From Candidatus Magasanikiibacteriota bacterium (GTDB lineage: Bacteria; Patescibacteriota; Patescibacteriia; Magasanikbacterales; UBA922), in the NCBI GenBank assembly GCA_018651085.1, contig JABIEQ010000014.1:97807-161806 (forward strand): a DNA stretch of 64,000 nt, written 5' to 3'. The translations under genes and the position numbers were made by a program. A model generated the notes under the pieces. That model did no database searches. It was given only the letters and a program-made list of their open reading frames with translations, and had not been told where the DNA came from. Shown here one piece after another: positions 37,777 through 47,561 of the stretch (the first letter of the stretch is position 1; each line of letters starts with the position of its first letter).

Positions 37777-40044
37777 ATGCAAAAATATTCCATTGCGTTT
37801 TTTATTACACTTTTATCTCTTCTTCTCATCCCTCTTTCCACAAATGCGGTGAATTGTAGTTGGTCAGAGTTTAATGAAGCCTGCATTATAGCGGACAATG
37901 AATTTCAAGATTGGGAATCTATGTCGAGAAAAGATATTTCCCTCTTTTTACAAAATAAAGATAGTTTTCTTGCAAAGTATAGAGCAAAAGACCACGAAGG
38001 TATTTCACGCCCAGCGTCAACAATCATTCAGCGTGCAGCAAAAGAATATAAAATCAATCCAAAATATATTCTCACAACACTTCAAAAAGAAAAAAGTCTC
38101 ATAACAGCAAAAAAACCAACGGAAAACCAACTCAACTGGGCCGCTGGATATGCGTGTCCTGACGGAACGTCTTGTAACCCAAAATATCGAGGCTTTGGAA
38201 ACCAAGTTGATGCAAGTGCCGCAGTCATGCGCTGGTATTACGACAATGTAGAAGATAAATCATGGATTAAAAAAGCTGGACAAAAATACAGTATCGATGG
38301 AGACTCAATTCGTATTGCAACCCAAGCAACAGCAAATTTATATACCTATACACCACACAAACACGGAAACAAAAACTTCTGGAAAATATGGCGAAGCTGG
38401 TTTCAAAATACCTACGCTGACGGAACGATTGTAAAAACACAAGGAAGCCCAGAGATTTGGCTTATTCAAAATGGAAAACGAAAAAAGTTTAAAAACCTTG
38501 CCGCGTTTACGACAAGATATAGATTAGACCAAGTCATTACAATTGAAGAAGTTGAACTTGAAAGATATCAAAGAGGAGAGGCAATTGATCTTCCTAACTA
38601 CGCTATTGTAAAACTCAAAGGAACAAACCGTTTTTTCCTTCTTGATTACGAAACATTAAGAGAATTTGAAACAACTAACCCATCAAAAGTATTTGGATAT
38701 CATCCAAGTGAAATTATTGAAGTACAAACAATTAATGGATACACACTTGCACGAGAAAAAATAGCATCATCAGTAGCATCCCCTCTTGGAACACTTCTTC
38801 AAGTCACAGACAAAAACCAAATATATTATGTACAAGGAACCACAGCAAGAATCATTCATCAAACCGTCGCAAAAGTAAATTATCCTTTTCTCACAAAAGA
38901 AAAAATTACAAGAGAAGACTTTGAAGAAAAAAGATATAATATAGAAACCTCTCCTATTAAATTTAAAGATGGAACCGTATTTAGGGTAGAGGGAACAAGT
39001 AGAATCTATGTAGTAGAGCATGGAAAACGAAGACATATCCCACAAGAAATTTTCACCAATCTTGGATATAAGGAAAGTGTCATTATTACTGTTGATAAAC
39101 AATCGTCACGAATCCATAAAGATGGCACATCAATCCGTATTTACACACAAACAAACCCTAAAGTTGAAACTCCGAGTGAAAACACACCAACAAACATAAC
39201 ACCAGAAGAACCCACAGATGAAAAAGATGAGGATGATCCCCTTCTTATTACCCCAGCACATGAAACCACGTACATTGGGACCTCTATTAATAATGACATC
39301 CAAGCGTACGCCATTGTAGATTACGACACAGGAGAAATATTAGCAGGGAAAAATGTTGATGTACAAAGACCTATTGCTTCTCTTACCAAAATCATGACAG
39401 CATATCGATTAGCAAAAGAAGGCATAAAACAAGATGCAACAATCACCTATAATAGAAGGAAACATCAAAGTGCGTATAGCTATTATAGAATTGCAGAAGG
39501 AGAACAAGTCAAAGTCCATGACCTTTTTGATGCCATGCTTGTGTCATCACTAAACATTCCCCCACGCATGCTCGTTTCACACATAGAACCAGATGAACAA
39601 AAGTTCATCAATCGAATGAACGACCAAGCAAATACATGGCGACTACCAAATACCAATTTTACAGAACCAGCAGGTATTGATCCAAACAACGTTTCAACAG
39701 CAAGAGAGTATGCCCAACTATTTAAAGCCGCTACAAAAACAAGAATTGTAAAAACATTTGCTGCTAAAAAATCATATACATATACAGAAGTAAAAGACAT
39801 TGACGACAGACCTGATCATCAAGATGTACATACAAACGATCTAGTAAACAAAGATGGACTTACATTCACTATTATTGCGAGTAAAACAGGATATCTGCAT
39901 AAAGCAGGGGCTTGCCTTACCATGATTATTGAACGAAAAAGTGACAAAAAACGCTTCACTATTGTGACTCTTGGAAACCCTGATAAAACAGATAGATTCA
40001 ACGAACCAGAGCGCATAGCAAATATTGCCGTGAATCAGTTTTGA
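37777..40044 (+). CDS. Secreted multidomain protein: lysozyme-like N-domain, repeats, peptidase S11 (DD-carboxypeptidase)
   Basis: Signal peptide; AAKEYKINP..LQKE; GT-x-VK..IY-x-I..G-x-RR repeats; SLTK, SLN and KTG motifs. Confidence 0.8.
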   Translation: MQKYSIAFFITLLSLLLIPLSTNAVNCSWSEFNEACIIADNEFQDWESMSRKDISLFLQNKDSFLAKYRAKDHEGISRPASTIIQRAAKEYKINPKYILTTLQKEKSLITAKKPTENQLNWAAGYACPDGTSCNPKYRGFGNQVDASAAVMRWYYDNVEDKSWIKKAGQKYSIDGDSIRIATQATANLYTYTPHKHGNKNFWKIWRSWFQNTYADGTIVKTQGSPEIWLIQNGKRKKFKNLAAFTTRYRLDQVITIEEVELERYQRGEAIDLPNYAIVKLKGTNRFFLLDYETLREFETTNPSKVFGYHPSEIIEVQTINGYTLAREKIASSVASPLGTLLQVTDKNQIYYVQGTTARIIHQTVAKVNYPFLTKEKITREDFEEKRYNIETSPIKFKDGTVFRVEGTSRIYVVEHGKRRHIPQEIFTNLGYKESVIITVDKQSSRIHKDGTSIRIYTQTNPKVETPSENTPTNITPEEPTDEKDEDDPLLITPAHETTYIGTSINNDIQAYAIVDYDTGEILAGKNVDVQRPIASLTKIMTAYRLAKEGIKQDATITYNRRKHQSAYSYYRIAEGEQVKVHDLFDAMLVSSLNIPPRMLVSHIEPDEQKFINRMNDQANTWRLPNTNFTEPAGIDPNNVSTAREYAQLFKAATKTRIVKTFAAKKSYTYTEVKDIDDRPDHQDVHTNDLVNKDGLTFTIIASKTGYLHKAGACLTMIIERKSDKKRFTIVTLGNPDKTDRFNEPERIANIAVNQF

Positions 40045-40093
40045 CAAAACCAAAAAACAATGAAATGATACCTCCAATATAATATCTTTACAT

Positions 40094-40861
40094 ATGGCTC
40101 TTGTCTTCGCAGCAATCACTCCTCACCCTCCTATTTTAATTCCTACTATTGGTAAGGATAAACTTGAAGCACTCGAAAAAACAAAAACTGCGTTAGAACA
40201 ACTCGAGCAAGACTTGTATATAACAAAGCCTGATCTCATATTTATTATTTCTCCTCACACAGGAGCATTTAAAAATACCTTTACAATAAATGCCCACACT
40301 GAATTTGAATCATCATTTGATACATTTGGAGACCTTGTAACAAAAAAATCTTGGAAAGGATCCCCTGACACAGGTGCCGTCATTAGTCATGAAAGTCACA
40401 AACATGATATCCCTGTACGCCTCATAAGTGAACCAAAGCTTGATCATGGAAGTGCGGTCCCTCTTTTGTATCTTACAAATCATCTTCCTGATACGAAAGT
40501 TATTCCTATTGGATATTCTGAAGGAAATCCAAAAGATCATGTTTCCTTTGGAGAATTTCTAAGCAACATCATAGCAAACCAAGAGAAGCGTATCGCCGTT
40601 ATTGCTTCCGGAGATTTATCTCATGAAGATAAAGATGGTGGAAAAAAACTTGATGAAAAAATCCTCTCTATTTTAGAAAATAAAAATACTGTTGGAGCAA
40701 TAAATCTAGAAAGTGACAACCCAAACATAGAAAATGTCTGCGCATATAGATCACTTCTTATCCTCCTTGGTATTATAAAAGAGATGGAATATACATTTAA
40801 AGAATATAGCTACGAAGCACCTTTTGGCGTAGGGTATGCCGTAGGTAATTTTATGCTCTAA
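40094..40861 (+). CDS. MEMO1/LigB-like protein (AmmeMemoRadiSam protein B-like)
   Basis: PHPP, ISPH, LDHG, ASGDLSH, YEAPFGVGY. Confidence 0.85.
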   Translation: MALVFAAITPHPPILIPTIGKDKLEALEKTKTALEQLEQDLYITKPDLIFIISPHTGAFKNTFTINAHTEFESSFDTFGDLVTKKSWKGSPDTGAVISHESHKHDIPVRLISEPKLDHGSAVPLLYLTNHLPDTKVIPIGYSEGNPKDHVSFGEFLSNIIANQEKRIAVIASGDLSHEDKDGGKKLDEKILSILENKNTVGAINLESDNPNIENVCAYRSLLILLGIIKEMEYTFKEYSYEAPFGVGYAVGNFML

Positions 40862-40865
40862 GAAA

Positions 40866-42731
40866 ATGATTGCAAAAATTATCCCGCTTAAACGGCTTCC
40901 GAAACACATTGACATTCTTGATTACACTATTCCAAAAACACTCGAAGGAAGCCTCAAAGTCGGACAACTCATTACTATCCCCTTTCGCACGTCCAATATT
41001 TTTGGGCTTGTTTTATCTATAGAAAAAAACAGAATCATCCAAAAAAAACTAAAAGATATTATAGATATTGTTATTCAAGAACCATTACTAGAAAAACCAC
41101 ACATTCATTTTTTACGCACCATTTCGTCATGGTATGGAACCCCACTTGGAGCCACTATCAAAATGGGCCTTCCTCCCTTACAAAAAAGAAAAAGTAAAGA
41201 AATTGTTATACAACAAAAAGAAAAAACGATAGATAAAAATATCACACAAAAACCAACCTATCATTTGTATACAAATGAAGAACATCACAAAAAAATAATA
41301 GAAACCATCACAAAAGGAAGTACACTCTTTATTGTGCCAGAAAAACATGACATAAAAGAAATAAAAAAACTCATTCCAACAGAAAGAAAAAACGATATCA
41401 TTGTTTGGCACAGCACCTTAAGTACAAAGCAGAAATTTGAACGATGGATGACCATTAAAAACACTAAACATCCAATACTTATTGGAACAAGAGGCACGAT
41501 GTTTCTTCCTATAGAAAATCTAGAAAATATCATATTAGACAAAGAACACAGTGAACATCATAAACATTGGGATCAAGCACCACGATTTCATACCAAAGAT
41601 GTTGCTACGTTATTATCATCTATATACCAAAGCAACGTACATCTCATGAGCTTTTCAAAAAGTGCTGAGAGTTATTTTCATATTCATAAAGGTACATACG
41701 AAGAACAACCTCAAAAAAATAATACACAAAAACAACAGCCAACACTACTAAGTATGGCTGACGAAAGACGAGGAAGAAATTTCGGTGTATTTGCCAATGC
41801 CTCTGAAGAACTTATTACAACAGCGAAAGAAGATATATTTGTACTAGTAAATAGACGCGGCTTTGCAACAATTGCAGGATGTAATGCTTGTGGGTTTCAT
41901 GAAACATGTAACACATGCGAACAACCGTATGTATTTCATGAAAAAACAAACAAACTGCACTGCCATTATTGCCAAACAAAAAAAGATCTCCATAAAACAT
42001 GCCCAACGTGCCATGCACCAATAAGCCAACTGAAAGGTGCTGGAACAGAATTTGTCGAAAAAGAAGTACAGAAACTACATACCAATAGAAATACTCATCA
42101 CATTGTCCGTATTGATGGAGATACGCTAAAAATTCATCTAGAAAAAGATAATAAACCCCGTATTATTATTGGGACAAAAAAAGCTATTCCCTATGTACGC
42201 TTTACTCAAACAACGGGAATCATTATTACAGATATAGATAAACAGCTGAGCATGCCAGAATATCTTGCACAAGAACAAGCCTGGCACACGATTCAAACAC
42301 TCAATTACAAAAGACGAGAAGATAGTGCATATTATATTCAAACATGGAATAAAAGACATATTGTCCTTCGAGGGATAAAAGAAAACGATCGCTGGTATAG
42401 AACAGATCTTAGTGCTAGAAAAAAATTATCCTACCCACCGTACACATATCTCGTTCGATATTTTTATGGAGATGAGGTAGAACAATCATCTAAAAAAGAA
42501 GCAGTAAAGGTCTACAATAAGCTAAAAATTGCATTGACAACACACCAAAAAGACAGTACCATAACCGCGCCAATTGCCATGCATCCAAAGTATATGAGAA
42601 AGAAATATTGGTACATGATAACAGTAAAGTTACCAATAACATCATGGCAAAAAGATCTCCCCTGGATTAATACACATATTCCACAACACTGGAAAATTGA
42701 TCCAAACCCTATTTCATTCCTTAGCCCATAG
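40866..42731 (+). CDS. priA: Primosomal protein N' with degenerate helicase motifs
   Basis: 3' binding domain LDY..G..VPF-like, VPE, GTR, NRRGF, four CxxC; upstream of def-fmt. Confidence 0.85.
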   Translation: MIAKIIPLKRLPKHIDILDYTIPKTLEGSLKVGQLITIPFRTSNIFGLVLSIEKNRIIQKKLKDIIDIVIQEPLLEKPHIHFLRTISSWYGTPLGATIKMGLPPLQKRKSKEIVIQQKEKTIDKNITQKPTYHLYTNEEHHKKIIETITKGSTLFIVPEKHDIKEIKKLIPTERKNDIIVWHSTLSTKQKFERWMTIKNTKHPILIGTRGTMFLPIENLENIILDKEHSEHHKHWDQAPRFHTKDVATLLSSIYQSNVHLMSFSKSAESYFHIHKGTYEEQPQKNNTQKQQPTLLSMADERRGRNFGVFANASEELITTAKEDIFVLVNRRGFATIAGCNACGFHETCNTCEQPYVFHEKTNKLHCHYCQTKKDLHKTCPTCHAPISQLKGAGTEFVEKEVQKLHTNRNTHHIVRIDGDTLKIHLEKDNKPRIIIGTKKAIPYVRFTQTTGIIITDIDKQLSMPEYLAQEQAWHTIQTLNYKRREDSAYYIQTWNKRHIVLRGIKENDRWYRTDLSARKKLSYPPYTYLVRYFYGDEVEQSSKKEAVKVYNKLKIALTTHQKDSTITAPIAMHPKYMRKKYWYMITVKLPITSWQKDLPWINTHIPQHWKIDPNPISFLSP

Positions 42732-42735
42732 CATT

Positions 42736-43248
42736 ATGGACTTACCACTTATTTTTCACCCAAACTCAGATATTCTTCAAGTTGAATGTACCCCTCTTTC
42801 TACAGAAGATATTGTAAGTGAAAAAGTGCAAACAATGATCGATAACATGATCCCAACGATGTACCATGGACAAGGTATTGGTCTTGCCGCACCACAAATT
42901 GGAACAACCATACAGGTATGTATTATTGGAAAAGATGCCTTCCCTAAAAAAGTCATGATCAATGGAAAAAAACATGATAGATCAAAAGATCTTATCCTTA
43001 TAAATCCCGTCTGGGAAAAAACGGCAAGACGCACATATTGGGATACAGAAGGATGTTTATCTATCCCAAAAATATATGGAAAAGTAAAACGATATAAACA
43101 TATCCGTATACAGGCACAAAATAGACTAGGTGAACCAATTACTCTTGACGCAAGTAACTTCTTTGGTAGAGTCATTCAACATGAAATAGATCACCTCCAT
43201 GGTATTTTGTTTATTGAAAAAGGAAAAGATATTTATAAAGTAGAATAA
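42736..43248 (+). CDS. def: Peptide deformylase
   Basis: GIGLAAPQIG, EGCLSIP, QHEIDHL. Confidence 0.97.
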   Translation: MDLPLIFHPNSDILQVECTPLSTEDIVSEKVQTMIDNMIPTMYHGQGIGLAAPQIGTTIQVCIIGKDAFPKKVMINGKKHDRSKDLILINPVWEKTARRTYWDTEGCLSIPKIYGKVKRYKHIRIQAQNRLGEPITLDASNFFGRVIQHEIDHLHGILFIEKGKDIYKVE

Positions 43249-43252
43249 TAAT

Positions 43253-44188
43253 ATGTCAGAACCCAAAGAGAAAAACCTATCTGTCATTTTTTTTGGGACC
43301 CATATTTTTGCAACAGTAATATTACAAGCACTTATTGATCATCCACATATTGATGTACAAAAAGTGATCACCCAACCTGATAGACCAGTAGGAAGAAAAA
43401 AGATCATTACCCCTCCTCCAGTAAAACTATTAGCACAAAAACATACCATTCCTGTTGATCAACCAGCATCACTAAAAACATATACGTTAGAAGAAACGTA
43501 CGATATTGGTATTACCGCACAATACGGTGGCCTTATCCCCCCTCATATATTAGATAGTCCAACGCATAATATTTTAAATGTCCATACATCACTCCTTCCT
43601 AAATATCGTGGTGCAACCCCAATTCAGTCAGCATTGATTCACGGAGACGATAAAACAGGTGTGACCATTATGAAAATGGGGGTTGGTCTTGATACAGGAC
43701 CTATTCTTCTTCAAAAAAGTATCGACATAGATAAAGATGATACATACCCAATGCTAGACAAAAAACTTGCACAAATAGGTACGAAGGCACTTATTGAAGC
43801 AATATTTCCATATGCAGAAGGAACATTACTACCACAAAACCAAGATGAACGTTTGGTAAGTCACTGCAAGCAGTTTTCACGAGAAGATGGTCGCATTGAT
43901 TGGAATAAATCAGCAAAAGAAATCTATAATCAATATAGAGGCATGACCCCATGGCCTGGTATTTGGACAACGTGGAACAATAAACGTCTTAAACTTATAG
44001 ATATACAACCAATAAAAGATATTGATATACCTTCAGGGAAAGTACATAGAGAAGAAAACATTTTATATATTGGTTGCACAAATGGAGCCATTAGTGTTCT
44101 TCATATTCAGTTAGAAGGAAAACCACAAATGGATATAAAAGCCTTCATTACCGGATATAAACATATTGAAGGAGAAAAAGTAGTATAA
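43253..44188 (+). CDS. fmt: Methionyl-tRNA formyltransferase
   Basis: TQPDRPVGR, NVH-x-SLLP-x-YRGA, LDTG. Confidence 0.97.
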   Translation: MSEPKEKNLSVIFFGTHIFATVILQALIDHPHIDVQKVITQPDRPVGRKKIITPPPVKLLAQKHTIPVDQPASLKTYTLEETYDIGITAQYGGLIPPHILDSPTHNILNVHTSLLPKYRGATPIQSALIHGDDKTGVTIMKMGVGLDTGPILLQKSIDIDKDDTYPMLDKKLAQIGTKALIEAIFPYAEGTLLPQNQDERLVSHCKQFSREDGRIDWNKSAKEIYNQYRGMTPWPGIWTTWNNKRLKLIDIQPIKDIDIPSGKVHREENILYIGCTNGAISVLHIQLEGKPQMDIKAFITGYKHIEGEKVV

Positions 44189-44208
44189 AAAAACACCCCT
44201 TAAGGGTG
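44187..44208 (-). terminator. Terminator of the 44.3-kb orphan cassette
   Basis: caccctt-a-aggggtg followed by a U7 tract on minus. Confidence 0.65.
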
Positions 44209-44300
44209 AACAAATGTCTGTGCAGGAACCCCCAAGCCGCTACACAGACGGTGTGGGGTTGAGGGTTTCTGCGAATTGCGGGCTGTTCGAGCGGCCGACC

Positions 44301-44600
44301 TTAGTTGGTCGGGTATTCTTTCAGCTGACGCAAAGATCTTTCCGTGAAGTCCCACGGACGCCGGGGATTGCTCATGAAAACAACCCAGTACGTCTCAGTG
44401 ACCTTGCCAGTGTCGTCACCATCGCCAGTGTCGTCACCATCGTCAATGTCGTCACCATCGTCAATGTCGAAAGTCATCGCGCCCTCTGCACGACAAAAAT
44501 CGATGAGATCATCATGATTAAGAGGGAAATCTCTCTCCCTCAACACGATGACTCTGGCAGGGCAAGGACCGGACGAAACCGGCCGGAAATCAGCGAACAT
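44301..44600 (-). CDS. 99-aa orphan protein with an acidic tandem repeat
   Basis: AGGAGG SD before ATG 44600; 6/7 Phe are TTC; GC-rich. Confidence 0.65.
   Translation of the reverse strand: MFADFRPVSSGPCPARVIVLRERDFPLNHDDLIDFCRAEGAMTFDIDDGDDIDDGDDTGDGDDTGKVTETYWVVFMSNPRRPWDFTERSLRQLKEYPTN
44404..44469. repeat. 18-bp tandem repeat, about 3.7 copies (DIDDGD/DTGDGD)
   Basis: tcg(c/t)ca(g/a)tgtcgtcacca units. Confidence 0.9.
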
Positions 44601-44641
44601 AACGTGCCTCCTATGGGCTTCTAGAGAAAAGCTGACAAAAA

Positions 44642-44670
44642 AATATACCACAAAAACCCTCTTTTGTCAA
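44642..44670 (-). promoter_or_regulatory. sigma70 promoter of orphan cassette
   Basis: TTGACA-17-TATATT with extended TG. Confidence 0.75.
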
Positions 44671-44688
44671 GAGGGTAAAGCTAAAAAC

Positions 44689-46107
44689 ATGCTACATTTA
44701 GCCAAAAATAAACAAATTTTAATATTTTTAGGTGTCTATACCCTTATACGGGTACTCTCTTTTAATATTATTAATGCGCCACATATTCAAACGCTTATTG
44801 CAGTACTTATTGTAATAACACTTATATACACAACACTTCGCTCCCCTATTCATGGATGGTATATACTCATCGGAGAACTCCTTCTTGGAGGAACAGGACA
44901 CTTTGTAGAATTGAGTATCGGTTCACTAAGCCTCGCCATACGAACAATACTTATCTACAGTTTCATCGGAACATTTTTTATTAAACAATACACACAAAAA
45001 AATATAAGACTCCCTCGCCCACTGCTTATAACAATGCTTATCCCAATAATTATATCTATATATAGCGCACTCGTTGGTCTTCTTCATGGGCATGAAACGA
45101 CAGCCATTATTCAAGATCTCATTCCCTACACTTTTTTCCTTCTTATATTTCCTACGTATCTACTGCTAAAACAATATGCACACTCTAAAACAATAAAAAC
45201 ATTTTTTTATACATTCATTATAGGGACAAGCATATTTGCCATATTTACTTTTATTCTCTTTGCTCTTGGTATAGCTGAACCACAAGACCCAACCTATTAC
45301 CGTTGGTTTAGAGATATTATCGCTGGAAAAGTAACTCCCATTGGGCACAACTTTTTTCGTATTGTAGAACCAATACATTTGTGGCTTACACCAATAATTA
45401 TATATCTTGCAGCAAACATCATAAAAGGAAGCAAAAATAAAACCAACTGGATATTTCTCATCCTTCTTTCTTTTCCTTTCATGATGAATTTTTCACGTGG
45501 GTACATGTTGGGATTAGCGGCTGGACTTCTCTTTTTATTACTGTTAAAACAACCAAAAAAGTGGCTATATACTTCCCTTGCAATTGGTATTATGTTTTTC
45601 AGTTCCTTTACCCTAATGCATCTTACAACAAGTAAAGGAGCATCTCCTGGATGGGACTTATTTGGTATACGAATAAGTAGCATTGTAAGACCAGAAACAG
45701 AAGTAAGTGCATTAACAAGAAAAACACTTCTCCCGCCAATTATAGAAAAAATAAAAGAACATCCATTTATCGGTCACGGATTAGGGGCATCTCTTACATT
45801 TACCGACCCCCTAACAAATACAATAGTAACCACAAGACAATTTGATTGGGGCTATCTAGAACTCCTAGTAGAATTAGGATTCATTGGAACACTTCTTTTC
45901 ATGGGGAGCATTCTATATACCATAAAAATAATGTACAAAAAGATGCCCTACAACAAAGCGACTACTGTAGCGGCAACACTTATAAGCATATTAGTCATAA
46001 CCATAACTGCTCCAGCCCTATTTCATACCATAGGAGTATTATATCTAGTGTATATACATGTCACTCCCTATGTATTCACAAAACAAGACAAAAATGCTAT
46101 ACTCTAG
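44689..46107 (+). CDS. O-antigen ligase/Wzy-like membrane protein
   Basis: Many TM helices; FSRG, S-x2-TR, HPFIGHGLG, ELGFIG; start re-called to MLHLA. Confidence 0.85.
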   Translation: MLHLAKNKQILIFLGVYTLIRVLSFNIINAPHIQTLIAVLIVITLIYTTLRSPIHGWYILIGELLLGGTGHFVELSIGSLSLAIRTILIYSFIGTFFIKQYTQKNIRLPRPLLITMLIPIIISIYSALVGLLHGHETTAIIQDLIPYTFFLLIFPTYLLLKQYAHSKTIKTFFYTFIIGTSIFAIFTFILFALGIAEPQDPTYYRWFRDIIAGKVTPIGHNFFRIVEPIHLWLTPIIIYLAANIIKGSKNKTNWIFLILLSFPFMMNFSRGYMLGLAAGLLFLLLLKQPKKWLYTSLAIGIMFFSSFTLMHLTTSKGASPGWDLFGIRISSIVRPETEVSALTRKTLLPPIIEKIKEHPFIGHGLGASLTFTDPLTNTIVTTRQFDWGYLELLVELGFIGTLLFMGSILYTIKIMYKKMPYNKATTVAATLISILVITITAPALFHTIGVLYLVYIHVTPYVFTKQDKNAIL

Positions 46108-46151
46108 GCGTATTTAATCATTATTTTATTCATTCTCATTAACATATATCT

Positions 46152-46787
46152 ATGGATCCAAAAGAACTTCCATACGGAGAATCCCTCAAGGCAGGATGGG
46201 CAGCCTTTAAAGAACGCATCGGGTACTTTATCGGTGCTATAATCCTTACAGGGTTAATATGTCTTCCATTGTACATCGTGTATATTGCAACGATAGTACA
46301 AGGATATAATGCTGTAGCAGTAGTAGCATACATATTATTCCTTCTTTTGATCATGTTCTTCTCAATGACATGGACAAAAATGTTCCTCATGATCCTTGAT
46401 AAACAAGCTGTATCAATGAAGACACTCTTTCAAGGAAATGGAATGTATGTAAAATATTTCCTTTCTGAACTTCTCTATGGACTTATCGTTCTTGGAGGAA
46501 CAATCCTCTTCATCATTCCAGGTATTATCTGGTCACTTAAATACATGCTTGCTCCATACCTCGTTATCGACAAAGGAATGAAACCAATGGAAGCAATTAA
46601 GCTAAGTGGACAAATGACAAAAGGATTTAAATGGCAACTATTTCTATTTAATATCTTAGTTGTTATCATTAACGGACTGACTGTCTTTACTTTATATCTT
46701 GGACTATTCATTACTATTCCACTTACAGGAATAGCTTCTGCATATGTCTATCGTCACATTATGAAGGCGTCTGGAGTAAAAGCATAA
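46152..46787 (+). CDS. Integral membrane protein (DUF975-like)
   Basis: FIIPGI, YLVID, AIKLS-x2-MTKG. Confidence 0.75.
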   Translation: MDPKELPYGESLKAGWAAFKERIGYFIGAIILTGLICLPLYIVYIATIVQGYNAVAVVAYILFLLLIMFFSMTWTKMFLMILDKQAVSMKTLFQGNGMYVKYFLSELLYGLIVLGGTILFIIPGIIWSLKYMLAPYLVIDKGMKPMEAIKLSGQMTKGFKWQLFLFNILVVIINGLTVFTLYLGLFITIPLTGIASAYVYRHIMKASGVKA

Positions 46788-46805
46788 GAACAAAATATAC
46801 ATATT

Positions 46806-46833
46806 AAAAAAGCCATGAAATTCATGGCTTTTT
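46806..46833. terminator. Bidirectional terminator
   Basis: aaaaagccatgaa-a-ttcatggcttttt. Confidence 0.8.
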
Positions 46834-46841
46834 TGTTATCT

Positions 46842-47558
46842 TTAATGCAAATGATGTTTTTCATAAATAATATCCTTTGCTTTTTCAAAAGCAAGAACTC
46901 GAGAATGAATGCCTGGTATCCATCGAAAAGGTGCCGTGTAACAAAAAGAAGGAAGCCAATGACTAATACCCCCTTTACGAGGAATTGCTTCATATAGATA
47001 CTCATCAAGTCCAAAACCAATGTGCCCTTTTTTTAAAAGAGATAACCACAAATCCCAATCCTGAAATCGCTTCAAATCTTCATCCCAAGGAAGAACAACT
47101 TCTCGCCTAAGAAGGACTGTTGATGGAATATAGTTATATGTGTTAAGACGTTCAGAAGAAAAAAGTAATGCCGGAATCTTTTTATGCCCAAGATGAAAGC
47201 CAGCGTACACGTATGACGCCTCAGGGTGGCTTTGTAGCGTGCTAATCATGTTTTCAAGCATATGTGGCTTAGAAATAATATCAGCGTCTAAAAAGAGCAC
47301 ATATTCACCAGAAGAAAGAGAAAAACCATGATTTCTCGCAGCGGGAGCCCCTTTATTTTCTTGACGAACCACTTGCACAGGGATATCTATTGATACTTGT
47401 TTTTTAGGAACACGAAGAGGTTCATTACTACCGTCATCAATAATAATAATTTCAATTGGGCGATATGTCTGACAAGACAAAGCAAAAAGAGCCTTAAACA
47501 AGGCCTCTTTATGATTATAAACAGGAATAATAATACTAATGAGAGGCTTTTGGTCCAT
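46842..47558 (-). CDS. Glycosyltransferase family 2
   Basis: SIIIPVYN, DDGS, ARN-x-G, FLDAD, QDWDLW. Confidence 0.95.
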   Translation of the reverse strand: MDQKPLISIIIPVYNHKEALFKALFALSCQTYRPIEIIIIDDGSNEPLRVPKKQVSIDIPVQVVRQENKGAPAARNHGFSLSSGEYVLFLDADIISKPHMLENMISTLQSHPEASYVYAGFHLGHKKIPALLFSSERLNTYNYIPSTVLLRREVVLPWDEDLKRFQDWDLWLSLLKKGHIGFGLDEYLYEAIPRKGGISHWLPSFCYTAPFRWIPGIHSRVLAFEKAKDIIYEKHHLH

Positions 47559-47561
47559 AGG

